This document shows positions 38,294-47,174 of a DNA stretch of 47,174 bases, piece after piece. Position 1 is the stretch's first letter. Every line of letters begins with the position of its first letter. A program made the position numbers and the translations under genes. A model generated the notes under the pieces. The model saw only the letters and a list, made by a program, of their open reading frames with translations, was not told the origin of the DNA and did no database searches. Source of the DNA: Methanobacteriota archaeon. GTDB taxonomy: Archaea > Thermoplasmatota > Poseidoniia > MGIII > CG-Epi1. The DNA is taken from NCBI GenBank assembly GCA_016845825.1, contig JAERSJ010000108.1, forward strand, positions 1 to 47,174. The letters run 5' to 3'.

Positions 38294-39400
38294 TTATTGG
38301 GAATTATTTGAGGGTTTTCCGGCACTGATAAAGATCAAGCCATAGAGACCACACTGAGCCAGAAAAACAAAAAACCAGAGATTGCTTGAGATTGGGATTA
38401 AACCACCGACATAGCCTCCCAACGCAACCCCAGAACTGCCTAAAGCTATTGATAAACCCGTGGCAGAATTTGCCATGTTTTTAGACTTAAACAGGGACTT
38501 AAAGTATGCATGAACACGATTATGGAGGTGATCATTATCTGGCGCCATCATGGGTTGGCCATCAAGGCGCCTGCGAATGATACTGACAATGAAATCAAAG
38601 CAAGGGTAGAAAAACAGAACTGCCAAGAATGAGAGGGACACCGCCCCCTCACTAAAGGCGGTCAAGCCAGTGAGCAGCATGGCCGAACCAATGCCATAGG
38701 CTCCAGCATCACCCAGAAATAGACGCCCTGAGACCACGTTAAAGATTAGAAATAAACTCGCCCCGTACAAGCCTGCGGGGAGTGCGATTCCATCCATCTC
38801 TGCAGTGAATATGTAACAATTAATGACAAAAATACCAACCACCAAACCATTGGCACCATCAACCGTGTTCACCGCATTGATAAACCCTACGGAGAAAAAA
38901 AGACAAACCACGAAAGCAACAAAAGGAATACTCAGCAACCAATCTACACCAGGCAATCCGATACCGCTAGGTACCAGTTGTGGCGCTAATAAGAAAACGA
39001 CCACTAGCACCAAGGCCTTGCTGATCAATCGAAATCTGGGGGATAAACTGTTATTGCGCAGGTCTTCAATCAAACCAAGGGCAAAGCATCCAGCCGCACC
39101 TAACCATATGGGCCAGTTGCCCTGCACCTGAGAAAAAACCTCTGGCGCTGTGTCAGCATTGAACATAAAAAGGGCCAAGGATATTAAGACACCCAGCACC
39201 AGAGCCACCCCGCCTAGGCGCGAGGCTTGCACCTCTGCAATGCCATGCTTGTCCACAGCATCTGATGCATAACTCTGCAACGTCATCCACTGCATGAGCA
39301 AGATAATAATTAAACCGCCAACACCAAAAGCCGCGGTTGCCAAAAGAGACATTACCGCAAGCTTAGAGAGCTCGCGCCCGGAGAGAGTGAATAAGTTCAA
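38294..39400 (-). CDS. MraY/WecA-family (GT4) polyprenyl-phosphate N-acetylhexosamine-1-phosphate transferase, paralogue 2
   Basis: Polytopic. IEDLRNN, INAVNTVDGANGL, FLGDAGAYGIG. TTG start per the ORF track. Confidence 0.8.
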   Translation of the reverse strand: MNLFTLSGRELSKLAVMSLLATAAFGVGGLIIILLMQWMTLQSYASDAVDKHGIAEVQASRLGGVALVLGVLISLALFMFNADTAPEVFSQVQGNWPIWLGAAGCFALGLIEDLRNNSLSPRFRLISKALVLVVVFLLAPQLVPSGIGLPGVDWLLSIPFVAFVVCLFFSVGFINAVNTVDGANGLVVGIFVINCYIFTAEMDGIALPAGLYGASLFLIFNVVSGRLFLGDAGAYGIGSAMLLTGLTAFSEGAVSLSFLAVLFFYPCFDFIVSIIRRRLDGQPMMAPDNDHLHNRVHAYFKSLFKSKNMANSATGLSIALGSSGVALGGYVGGLIPISSNLWFFVFLAQCGLYGLIFISAGKPSNNSQ

Positions 39401-39513
39401 TGCTTAAATCCCTATCAATTTAAAGGCAATCTGAGTCCTGTCAGAGAGCTATTTGAAACTGCATAGAAGTATATCTTCTTTATAGCTTATTATCCAGCGA
39501 ACAAACTAAATAA

Positions 39514-40641
39514 TCAAAGCCTAAGCTCATATTGAACGTTCACGCGGCCTAAACCTGTTAGATAAAAGACGGTCCAGTAACCAATACACTGGAATAGGAA
39601 AAGCCAAGCCCAGAGGTCGCTAGTCACTGGCCACCACTGATAAATGTACCCCACAGCAGTTAACCCAGAGGATGAGGCCACCACAAGGCCACCAGTCATA
39701 GAGTTAGCCAAGGTTTTTGATGGTAGCCAACGCTGGAAGTGATAGTGAATACGATTGTGCAAATGATCATTATCAGGCAAGAAGATTGACCGGCCCGCCC
39801 CATAGCGGCGTGCCAAGGTCATGATAAAATCAATGCAAGGGTAAGCGAAAAGACAGGCCAAAAAAGCAGCAGAGAAAATATCATCGTAAAAAAGATACAA
39901 CCCTGAAATCGCCAGAGAGGCGCCAAGGCCATAGGCCCCGGCATCGCCTAAAAAGAGTCGCCCTGAGATGACGTTGAAAATAGTAAACACTGCACACGCG
40001 GTCATCATGGCGGCATAAACAAATTCACCCGTACTCACATAAAAAAGGCTGAAGGCGATGGTCATTACGCCCGCTATGAGCCCGTTAGCGCCATCTGCCA
40101 TATTGATCGAATTAACAAATCCTACACAGAATATTACCGTCAGTAGCCAGCCAATAACTGGCAACCCCATAAGGACGTGAAGACCGGGAATACCCAAATC
40201 AACAGGAATTAACGCGGGCCATACCGCTATAGTCACGGCGAATATTCCAAACTCTGCATACAACCGAAACCGAGGACTCAAGTAATTGTTGTGCAGATCT
40301 TCTACCAGCCCAAGGAAGGCACAGCACCCCACGGCGATCCAATCAACCCAGTAAGGGCCGGCCGGCCCACCAGAGGCATCACCAAAGTAGTCACTAAAAT
40401 AGCCGGCAACCGACAGGCCTAACCAGCTCGCAAATATTGCCGCACCACCAAGCCGGGAAGCAGAAACGCGCGAAATACCGTGCTTATCAACAGCGTCATG
40501 AGCATAACTTTGTCGAGTAATCCACTGCAAAAAAATCATGATCATCAGGCCAGATAGACCGAAGAATATCACGGCAAGAAGCATCATCACTGAGAGCTTA
40601 GCAAGATCCATCTCTGTGAGCACGAAAAGGGGTTTAGTCAT
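39514..40641 (-). CDS. MraY/WecA-family (GT4) polyprenyl-phosphate N-acetylhexosamine-1-phosphate transferase, paralogue 1
   Basis: Polytopic. VEDLHNN, VNSINMADGANGL, FLGDAGAYGLG. Co-linear with paralogue 2 over its full length. Confidence 0.8.
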   Translation of the reverse strand: MTKPLFVLTEMDLAKLSVMMLLAVIFFGLSGLMIMIFLQWITRQSYAHDAVDKHGISRVSASRLGGAAIFASWLGLSVAGYFSDYFGDASGGPAGPYWVDWIAVGCCAFLGLVEDLHNNYLSPRFRLYAEFGIFAVTIAVWPALIPVDLGIPGLHVLMGLPVIGWLLTVIFCVGFVNSINMADGANGLIAGVMTIAFSLFYVSTGEFVYAAMMTACAVFTIFNVISGRLFLGDAGAYGLGASLAISGLYLFYDDIFSAAFLACLFAYPCIDFIMTLARRYGAGRSIFLPDNDHLHNRIHYHFQRWLPSKTLANSMTGGLVVASSSGLTAVGYIYQWWPVTSDLWAWLFLFQCIGYWTVFYLTGLGRVNVQYELRL

Positions 40642-40749
40642 GCATTTTTACGATGTTAATAGAAGTACATCCTCCATCAAACATTGCGTTAAGCCGAGTA
40701 TAAATCCACCAAGCATCCTAGATTTGCAGACGCAAGAAGCCATAAAGAT

Positions 40750-41697
40750 CTATCTGAATACAGCTATTACCTGTCGCCCATAATGCATTACCAACACGAG
40801 CATAATCGACAGCATACCGCCGAGTAAAGTACCAAATATACATATAGAAGCACGTTTGGGCTGCGATTTTTTTTCTGGGATCATGCTAGGGCTTATTGCC
40901 ACAAAGGCATAGTCAGGGCTCGCCTCGGCTAGCATTTTGTTTTTAATTTGCTCTTCAATGATAGTGTAGAGCACCTCTTGCATCTCGGTGATAGACGTTT
41001 TTTCTATCTGGGCCTTAAGGTATTCAATGTTATTGCTAACCTTGGCCACCTGACGCTCTTGCATGTGCTTATTAATCGCCGAGATATATAAGTCCAACCA
41101 CTGTTTGGCAATCTGAGGGGAATAGTGTTCTACAGAAACCGACACTAATCCGTACTGCTCATCCTCCGCAACCGTAATTCTCTTTGAGAACGCCTCAAAC
41201 AACTGCCAGCTGCTTGGAGGCCCCACGACACCAGAGTCATCCTCAATTAACCACTGGTTATTTTCGGCATCGTAAGCCTCTTGATTAATCTGTAATTCAT
41301 TTGACCCTTTACTCCAGCCTTCGGCCGCATAAACCTCAACAGCAAGGTCATTGTCAGCAATGAAACCCTCAATAAAACTCCATGAAGTCATTATTTGTTG
41401 AGCAGTATGAGCCTTACCACCACCATCACCGCCCAGACCAAGACCAGCTATCGACGCAAGACCACCAAGTCGACTTACGGCTCCTGAAAGCCCACCTCCA
41501 TCGTCAGATTGAGCTGGAGCCAAGAGAGTAATAGCCTTATATTGATTAGGTATTGACAGAGCATACACAACTGAACCAATAGCACACAACGCCGTCAGAA
41601 GGATTACCTTTATTTTACCAGCCCAGAGAACGGCAAATAGTTCTCGCAGGTCTATTTCATCATCGTACTGATCGCTGATTTGAGTATTATTTTCCAA
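40750..41697 (-). CDS. wzz: Wzz-type polysaccharide chain-length determinant (no C-terminal tyrosine-kinase domain)
   Basis: DDEIDLRELFAVLWAGKIKVILLTALCAIGSVVYAL (Wzz N-terminus plus TM1), a long coiled periplasmic part, and C-terminal TM ICIFGTLLGGMLSIMLVLVM. Confidence 0.8.
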   Translation of the reverse strand: MENNTQISDQYDDEIDLRELFAVLWAGKIKVILLTALCAIGSVVYALSIPNQYKAITLLAPAQSDDGGGLSGAVSRLGGLASIAGLGLGGDGGGKAHTAQQIMTSWSFIEGFIADNDLAVEVYAAEGWSKGSNELQINQEAYDAENNQWLIEDDSGVVGPPSSWQLFEAFSKRITVAEDEQYGLVSVSVEHYSPQIAKQWLDLYISAINKHMQERQVAKVSNNIEYLKAQIEKTSITEMQEVLYTIIEEQIKNKMLAEASPDYAFVAISPSMIPEKKSQPKRASICIFGTLLGGMLSIMLVLVMHYGRQVIAVFR

Positions 41698-41742
41698 GAG
41701 CCTATTCCTTAAACTATTAATTACCGTTGATTCAAAAAGATT

Positions 41743-44244
41743 TTAATTGTTTTTAAAGGTGTTGATCGCCGCGGCACCCAAAGACAACTGATAAATAATT
41801 TGCGACGCCTCAGCCAGCAATGCCATGGGCCTGATTTTTTCATCATCAGTATCAAGAGGCACCACAATCGTGTCACCGGGGCCTATCACTGCCTGGGCCG
41901 ATCTAAATTTGAAAAGCCCACGAGTCGGCTTAATCACTCGACCATTGGCTTTTACCACATAAATACCCTTCTCATCTGCACTGATCTTGAGTCCACCACT
42001 CTGATCTATATAGTCTGCTTGATCAAGATCAGGATCAAACAAATAAGAGATAGGCCTGTGCACCTCACCTATGACCGTCACCTCTTGGCTAAATTTAGGC
42101 ACCATTAAACGATCGTTTTCTCGTAAGAGAATATCTTCAGCAGCAGAGCTCATAATGGCATCAAGGGGAATAACCAAACGCCCTATGGCCTCTAAAGACC
42201 CAAGATCTTCAAGCGCCTTCTCTTGCAATGCCACCTGTTCTTGGTCAATATCAATATCAGCGTTGGTTTCCCTTAGGTTTTGTGATTGCAGCTCTTCCTG
42301 AAGGGTTTCTGTTAGGCGCTCTAACTCTTTCTGCTCACGCTCTCTTAGAGATTCCCTTAAGAATACTGATCCACCTGAAAAAGCCTCATCAGTAAAGCCC
42401 CCTGCCCTTTGAATAACCGAGGTAAGTGTCTCGCCCTTATCAAAGGCGTAGACCCCTGGAAACACAAATTCACCCTCAAGGGAGATAGTTTGAGTTTCTC
42501 TAAACCCTGGGACAGTTCGGAACTCCACATAATCAGATGGCTCCAATCGGATAACAGATCCACTATTCAGAGAGGTCAAGACAATCGCGCTGGCCGCACG
42601 GGTTGGGTTTGACATATCAATCCGCGCTATTTCTGCAGACTGTGAGTAGGCAGAGTCCATCAGGCCTCCCGCTACCTCAATTAAATCTCCTATGGACATT
42701 CCTTCAATGAGTGGATATTCCCCTGGGAAGCGCACTGTGCCCTCTGCAGTCACTACTTTTGGCAAGCGCCCCAATTCAACTTGACGCTTGAGTTTGGTGA
42801 CATAGGGAGCTAGTTCTGCAACTCGGTCACCGTAGGCGGACAGCACGACAATGAGGTCACGAGACATTAATTCAAGGTTGTCGTTGGTTTTTGCGCCAGA
42901 GAGCACATTACTGGGATTAAAACTAAGAACTCTAATATCGACGCTGTTTGCGAACTCTCGAACCACAAGAGCAATACTCATATCTGTATCAGGGTTTAAC
43001 TGATCATTCTCGGAAATAACATCAGAGATACGCATGCCTTCACGCCACGCAAAGTCACCCTCGTGCCTTACATTGCCTAGTAGAGATACAACATCTTTCT
43101 TATAATCAGTTATGGCGCCAACCGTCAAATGGTCACCATCGTGCAGGGGAAGCTCTTTGTCTGCTGATTGAGTCAAGTCAATATCAAGTGCGGTCATAAA
43201 GCCATCTGCATTAATTCTTTCCAACATTCCGCTTTCAGCGAAGGCCTTAGGGCCTAAACCACCAGCTAAATCAATCAGATCTTGAGCAGACTCACCACCC
43301 TTCAACTCGTAGATTGCTGGTCTCAAAACCTCACCTTCGATAGACGCTAGATCACCAACAGTAGGTATATAGATGACATCAGAGGCTTGTACGCGGACGT
43401 CGTTACTCGTATCCCCAGCCAGCAAAAGATCATATAAGTCCAATGTCGCGATGAGCTTGCCCTGACGCTTTAGCTGAATGTTTCGCAGTGAACCAATATC
43501 GCTCACACCGCCACTGCTCACCAGTGCATGAGTGATGGTCGAGAGTGAAGACACCGTGTAAGCACCCGGCTTGAATGCCTCACCCAGAACAAATATCTGC
43601 ATTGATCTCAAAGAACCCATGCTAATACTGACCTGGGTGCCAATGATCTGCGCAGAAATTCTGGCCTGCAGCATCTCCTTGGCCTCTCCATAGGTCAGTC
43701 CTGCCAGACCGACGGGGCCCAATTCAGGAAAATCTACAAAACCCTCTCGATTGATCTCGAGTGAGAAAGTGTTATTTGTTTTACCGTAAAAGAGGATATC
43801 TAATGTATCACCTGGGCCTAAAAGATAATCTCCTGATACAGGTATACTTGCGGCAGGGGCATAGGTTGTTGGTGCATTAGCAAAAAGATCATAGCCAAAG
43901 GGTTTCAGGTCCTCGGCTGCCTCCTCAACACCAGCAACGGCAACGGGTGCTACTGCCGTAGCTACACCACCCGTGGAAGAGGCTGTGCTTCTCGGAACCA
44001 TTGGCTCAGGTTGGATAACTCCTTTATCAGTTCCTGCCTCTGCTACCTCACCACAGAGTGCATCAAGATCATAGCCAGCCTGTTGGGCCATCGCCTTATT
44101 TGCGGCAGTGAGATTACCGCAGAGCTGTTTTGCTTGAGCAAGATCCTGAGAGTAACCTGCACTGGCGCATAACATGATGGCTAAGGCAAAAACAGAGCGC
44201 CAAATATTTGTGGTTTTTACAAGTTTCATAGTCCTTTTTCTCAC
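41743..44244 (-). CDS. wza: Large Wza/OtnA-type outer-membrane polysaccharide export protein with multiple SLBB-like repeats
   Basis: Signal peptide, GPGDTLDILFYGK (Poly_export motif), and repeated V.V.GEV..PG.Y-type SLBB segments. 833 aa. Confidence 0.85.
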   Translation of the reverse strand: MRKRTMKLVKTTNIWRSVFALAIMLCASAGYSQDLAQAKQLCGNLTAANKAMAQQAGYDLDALCGEVAEAGTDKGVIQPEPMVPRSTASSTGGVATAVAPVAVAGVEEAAEDLKPFGYDLFANAPTTYAPAASIPVSGDYLLGPGDTLDILFYGKTNNTFSLEINREGFVDFPELGPVGLAGLTYGEAKEMLQARISAQIIGTQVSISMGSLRSMQIFVLGEAFKPGAYTVSSLSTITHALVSSGGVSDIGSLRNIQLKRQGKLIATLDLYDLLLAGDTSNDVRVQASDVIYIPTVGDLASIEGEVLRPAIYELKGGESAQDLIDLAGGLGPKAFAESGMLERINADGFMTALDIDLTQSADKELPLHDGDHLTVGAITDYKKDVVSLLGNVRHEGDFAWREGMRISDVISENDQLNPDTDMSIALVVREFANSVDIRVLSFNPSNVLSGAKTNDNLELMSRDLIVVLSAYGDRVAELAPYVTKLKRQVELGRLPKVVTAEGTVRFPGEYPLIEGMSIGDLIEVAGGLMDSAYSQSAEIARIDMSNPTRAASAIVLTSLNSGSVIRLEPSDYVEFRTVPGFRETQTISLEGEFVFPGVYAFDKGETLTSVIQRAGGFTDEAFSGGSVFLRESLREREQKELERLTETLQEELQSQNLRETNADIDIDQEQVALQEKALEDLGSLEAIGRLVIPLDAIMSSAAEDILLRENDRLMVPKFSQEVTVIGEVHRPISYLFDPDLDQADYIDQSGGLKISADEKGIYVVKANGRVIKPTRGLFKFRSAQAVIGPGDTIVVPLDTDDEKIRPMALLAEASQIIYQLSLGAAAINTFKNN

Positions 44245-44274
44245 TTTGTATTATTTAATTCAATTTCAATAGTG

Positions 44275-44790
44275 TTAATTTAGCTTGGTTAGTGTCAGCG
44301 CGTTATATCTATCATCAACAACTTGTCGAATCACGCGGATACTCCCATCTTCAGCAACGAGGATGCTGTTGCTATAAGCTTTAACATCTTCACAGTACTG
44401 AGAAAATTGTTTCTTCCCTGATTGCTGCTTTTGCTTCCATTTATCACAATTATGTACGGCTAATGTTCGGCTACCTCGCGTAAAAGTCCGCTCGTCCTCA
44501 ATATCACTGTTTTGATACTCTTGTCCTCGCAGACCCAAACCACTCACCCGCCGCACTGACCAGCCGTCAAACAAAACCTGGTCACCTGCTTTGTTAGAAA
44601 ACAAGGTGCCCTGAGGCATGGTAACAGGATAAACTATAGCCTCATAATTTGCATATTTCACTGACCAGCTATTTAAAGATATATCCGCCGCTGGCGTCTT
44701 AAAAAGACCCATCACTGCAGACAGTTGACTGGATTGGACGCTACAACCACTAAACAGTAACAGACACGTCAAAATACTGAGTATTCTCAT
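44275..44790 (-). CDS. Lipoprotein, possibly YjbF/GfcB-like
   Basis: Lipobox LLFSGC|S; size and position next to the YjbH-like gene. Sequence similarity to YjbF is weak by eye. Confidence 0.45.
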   Translation of the reverse strand: MRILSILTCLLLFSGCSVQSSQLSAVMGLFKTPAADISLNSWSVKYANYEAIVYPVTMPQGTLFSNKAGDQVLFDGWSVRRVSGLGLRGQEYQNSDIEDERTFTRGSRTLAVHNCDKWKQKQQSGKKQFSQYCEDVKAYSNSILVAEDGSIRVIRQVVDDRYNALTLTKLN

Positions 44791-46838
44791 GGGCTTAACC
44801 TCCCGGTCATTTCACTAAAGGCATCATACCTCGCTCCTCGGGTGTCCCACCAAATATTAGCACTAAAATCTTCTAAACGCTGACCACCATCACGCTGAAT
44901 AGGACGAAGTCGTGTACTGTAATTACTTCTGCTACTGGTTCCAAGCAGGCCATTGAACGGAATCCTAAAATACATGCCCTTATCAAAGCTTCCTTCGCCA
45001 AAATCCTCGGCAGAGACATCGGTTTTTGTTGCCCACAAACCCACTGACCAACCATTGTGAAAAGTTCGTCTGACTTCTAAGGTTGCTCCTACATCTTTGG
45101 CTAAATATTTACCCGCATGGACCGCAACGTCAAAGTTGTAAAAAGGGGTTGCCCAGTAAATACTGGCAAAGGCTGTAGACGTTTTGTAATCCAAGTGTTT
45201 GAAGCTTTTATCGTAATCCCGTTGTTGCACCCAGTTGGCGCTGACACCATAGGCCAGACGAGACTGGTATGGCTGGTATAAAACCTCACCACCGAAGCCG
45301 CTGAACATTGACTCCAGAACACCGCCAAAAACTCGGTAGTGAACATCATTGAACGTGGTGCCACGCTTTTCTACGTAAAGTGAATCAAGCCCAGTATCAC
45401 CCTCTGTTAGGTATTTAACGATATCTGAGCGAACTCGGGGCAATACTGAGCCTGAATTAATCCGATTACTCTCATCAAAATTATTTGTAATATCAAAGCC
45501 ATAGGCGCCAGTTAGCAACCAAGATTTTGGCAAGGCTAAACTTACCCCCACTTTGGTATAAAGTTGGTATCGTGCCGGGTCATCAGGGTCAAACAGCTGA
45601 AGACGATTCGATAGGTTTACATCAAAGAATACCTTTTTTTGCACAAAATCCGTTTTATGCTGAACAAAACTCAATGGTTTAACAGGTTGCACCCTAATTT
45701 CACGCTCAACTAATTGACCAATTTGGCCATAAGTCAGTGATGGGCGACGCATGACTATGGAATGCAATCGATGCCCTTCTTCCTCAATGACAATGTTAAA
45801 GGTATTTACCGTAGTGGGTAGGTGTAAGTCTGCCAAATTAGCCATGGTGGCAACCGCATCTGCCCATACAGGGTACGCTAAGTTACCCATGACAATCGTG
45901 GCGCTGTGGGAGGTTTCATCTACGGTGGCTTCTAACAATAGAATCCCCGAGCGCTCAACGTCAAACAACAGAGTGTCGTACCAGCTAAGCGGGTTGATTC
46001 CCGCAGGGAGCTCATCAACGGGGTAATCCAGACTTGAGCGAAATACTCGATTAGACGGCTTTGCTGGCAATGACTTGGTGCCAAGGGCCGCTGAGAGCTC
46101 GATACCCCACTCTTCATTGTGTTGATGTGACAGCGTGAGTGAGACTCCGGGTAGAGCATCCCACTTTACTGCTGCGGTAATAGGGCTTTTGGGTCTTTCT
46201 CCCCCTCTTTGAGAGCTAAAATCATATTGATCGGGGTTGTACTCCATCATTGCGGTGAGTGGCAGTCCTGGCACGTCATAACTAATTCCACCAAAAAGGC
46301 CTACCTTTTCCCCGCTAAACCACATATCAGTCGAAAGTTCACCGCCCCGCCCAAAATCGTTTTCGCGAACAGAGAAAGTATCTGAGAGCCAGGTCATAGG
46401 ATTTTCAAAATCACCTTTACCCGCCAAGCGACCCCAACCCATGCCTAGGGTAACATCAAAATTTCCTACTTCTTTGGATGCAACAAGATACTCAGAACCC
46501 CAAAGACCTGTTCCAACCAAATCCCTTATTCCCACCGCCACCTGAGGAAGGTAACGCTGCTCTTCCCAAAGCCTAATTTTTGCCTCGTAATTCCGATCAT
46601 AACTAAAAATAGCCCTATTAAAACCCGTGTATCGGAAGGTTCCCTCAAGCCATGGCGTTACTTGGTAGGTAATAGAATAAGATTTTGTTCGAGATTGAAT
46701 CGCGGCGGTAGTGGTGAGCGTGCCATCTGAGGACATGCGAGCTGTAGGGATATCGATTAGTCCGGTGGTGCCAAAATCTGATGCCATTGACGGCACTGCA
46801 ATACAAACACATAAACATGGCAGTACTAGTCGATTCAT
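44787..46838 (-). CDS. YjbH/GfcD-family exopolysaccharide outer-membrane beta-barrel protein
   Basis: MNRLVLPCLCVCIAVPSMA|SDFGTTGLIDIPTARM... parallels the YjbH N-terminus (SDFGGVGLLQTPTARM). Start moved to ATG 46838 because the track's TTG 46916 extension runs through a terminator hairpin. Confidence 0.8.
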   Translation of the reverse strand: MNRLVLPCLCVCIAVPSMASDFGTTGLIDIPTARMSSDGTLTTTAAIQSRTKSYSITYQVTPWLEGTFRYTGFNRAIFSYDRNYEAKIRLWEEQRYLPQVAVGIRDLVGTGLWGSEYLVASKEVGNFDVTLGMGWGRLAGKGDFENPMTWLSDTFSVRENDFGRGGELSTDMWFSGEKVGLFGGISYDVPGLPLTAMMEYNPDQYDFSSQRGGERPKSPITAAVKWDALPGVSLTLSHQHNEEWGIELSAALGTKSLPAKPSNRVFRSSLDYPVDELPAGINPLSWYDTLLFDVERSGILLLEATVDETSHSATIVMGNLAYPVWADAVATMANLADLHLPTTVNTFNIVIEEEGHRLHSIVMRRPSLTYGQIGQLVEREIRVQPVKPLSFVQHKTDFVQKKVFFDVNLSNRLQLFDPDDPARYQLYTKVGVSLALPKSWLLTGAYGFDITNNFDESNRINSGSVLPRVRSDIVKYLTEGDTGLDSLYVEKRGTTFNDVHYRVFGGVLESMFSGFGGEVLYQPYQSRLAYGVSANWVQQRDYDKSFKHLDYKTSTAFASIYWATPFYNFDVAVHAGKYLAKDVGATLEVRRTFHNGWSVGLWATKTDVSAEDFGEGSFDKGMYFRIPFNGLLGTSSRSNYSTRLRPIQRDGGQRLEDFSANIWWDTRGARYDAFSEMTGRLSP

Positions 46839-46868
46839 AAATAAGATGTTAACTCGTTTTGAGCCATT

Positions 46869-46897
46869 AAAAAAGGGCATCAGAGATGCCCTTTTTA
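46869..46897 (-). terminator. Rho-independent terminator/attenuator hairpin after the Thr-rich gene
   Basis: Minus strand GGGCATC-TCT-GATGCCC followed by TTTTTT. A T5 run on the plus-strand side makes it formally bidirectional. Confidence 0.6.
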
Positions 46898-46912
46898 TTA
46901 CTGTGACGCACA

Positions 46913-47174
46913 TCAACTACCAGAAGTACCCGTCGTTGTAGTCGTTGTGGTTGTCGTAGTCCCCGTGGTACCGGTAGTACCCGTGGTCGTAGTAGTTGTG
47001 GTTGTGGTAGCCGCCTCATCAGTCGTAGTTGTGGTAGCCGCCTCATCAGTCGTGGTTGTCGTCGTAGGCGTTGGCGTTGGCGTTGGCGTTGGCGTTGCGG
47101 TTCGTGTGGGTGTCGGCGTCTCCGTCAGCGTCACCCGTGGCACAGTGGCGGCCGTGGACATTGGATCGCGGACA
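46913..47174 (-). CDS. Threonine-rich YjbE/GfcA-like protein (5' end probably beyond the window)
   Basis: ..TPTPTRTATPTPTPTPTPTTTTTTDEAATTTTTDEAATTTTTTTTTGTTGTTGTT..GTSGS*. The frame stays open upstream of the track's ATG to the window edge, and no signal peptide follows that ATG. Confidence 0.55.
   Translation of the reverse strand, partial: VRDPMSTAATVPRVTLTETPTPTRTATPTPTPTPTPTTTTTTDEAATTTTTDEAATTTTTTTTTGTTGTTGTTTTTTTTTTGTSGS
47001..47053. repeat. Two tandem copies of a 27-nt unit inside the Thr-rich gene (encodes DEAATTTTT twice)
   Basis: gtggtagccgcctcatcagtcgt occurs at 47004-47026 and again at 47031-47053. Confidence 0.85.
47067..47096. repeat. (GGCGTT)x5 hexanucleotide microsatellite (encodes the (TP)n stretch)
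   Basis: Five perfect tandem ggcgtt units read directly in the sequence. Confidence 0.9.

Noticed and set aside
46839-46916. 26-codon N-terminal extension of the YjbH-like ORF (TTG at 46916) given in the ORF track
   Set aside because: The extension runs through the terminator hairpin and overlaps the upstream gene. The Met at 46838 gives a clean signal peptide (MNRLVLPCLCVCIAVPSMA).

Overview
This 47.2 kb window is a surface-polysaccharide (capsule/O-antigen type) biosynthesis and export locus from a Gram-negative bacterium, probably a marine gammaproteobacterium. All credible genes lie on the minus strand.

The right ~11.5 kb (35.7-47.2 kb) is visibly GC-richer and carries conserved machinery:
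- a Thr-rich YjbE/GfcA-like protein, cut by the window edge
- a YjbH/GfcD-like outer-membrane protein and a lipoprotein
- an 833-aa multi-SLBB Wza-like exporter and Wzz
- two tandem WecA/MraY-type initiating transferases
- an EPS-type MarR regulator, a PfkB kinase and GalU

The left ~35 kb is AT-rich and holds about 33 tightly packed, often overlapping, co-directional genes that combine several chemistries:
- A nonulosonic-acid (pseudaminic/legionaminic-type) pathway: PseB, a DegT aminotransferase, a NeuB-family synthase and two different cytidylyltransferases. No recognisable PseG or PseH is present.
- A complete phosphonate pathway (PEP mutase, phosphonopyruvate decarboxylase, AEP-type transaminase). 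PEP mutase and the transaminase each carry their own N-terminal cytidylyltransferase domain.
- An acyl-activation/tailoring set: ANL ligase, ACP, VOC-fold, IMPase-like, DUF4910-like and AAC(3)-fold proteins.
- A divergent GAPDH homologue, a PGDH-like dehydrogenase, a carbamoyltransferase and two Zn-ribbon methyltransferases.
- A Tat-signal small subunit plus GMC flavoprotein pair.
- An ABC half-transporter and a Wzy-like protein, with no Wzx.
- A YhcH/NanQ-like cupin and two orphan GT-B-like transferases.
- At the distal end, a membrane-anchored CotH-kinase/beta-helix protein. It was found by manual translation and is absent from the ORF track because it runs off the window.

I saw no rRNA, tRNA, CRISPR array, transposase or integrase.

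Non-coding signals:
- two tandem promoter-like/palindrome modules and an ops-like element upstream of the MarR gene
- an intrinsic terminator hairpin after the Thr-rich gene
- tandem DNA repeats inside the Thr-rich gene

All functional calls come from reading motifs in the translations by eye. No database search was run, so family names are hypotheses to confirm with HMM or structure searches.
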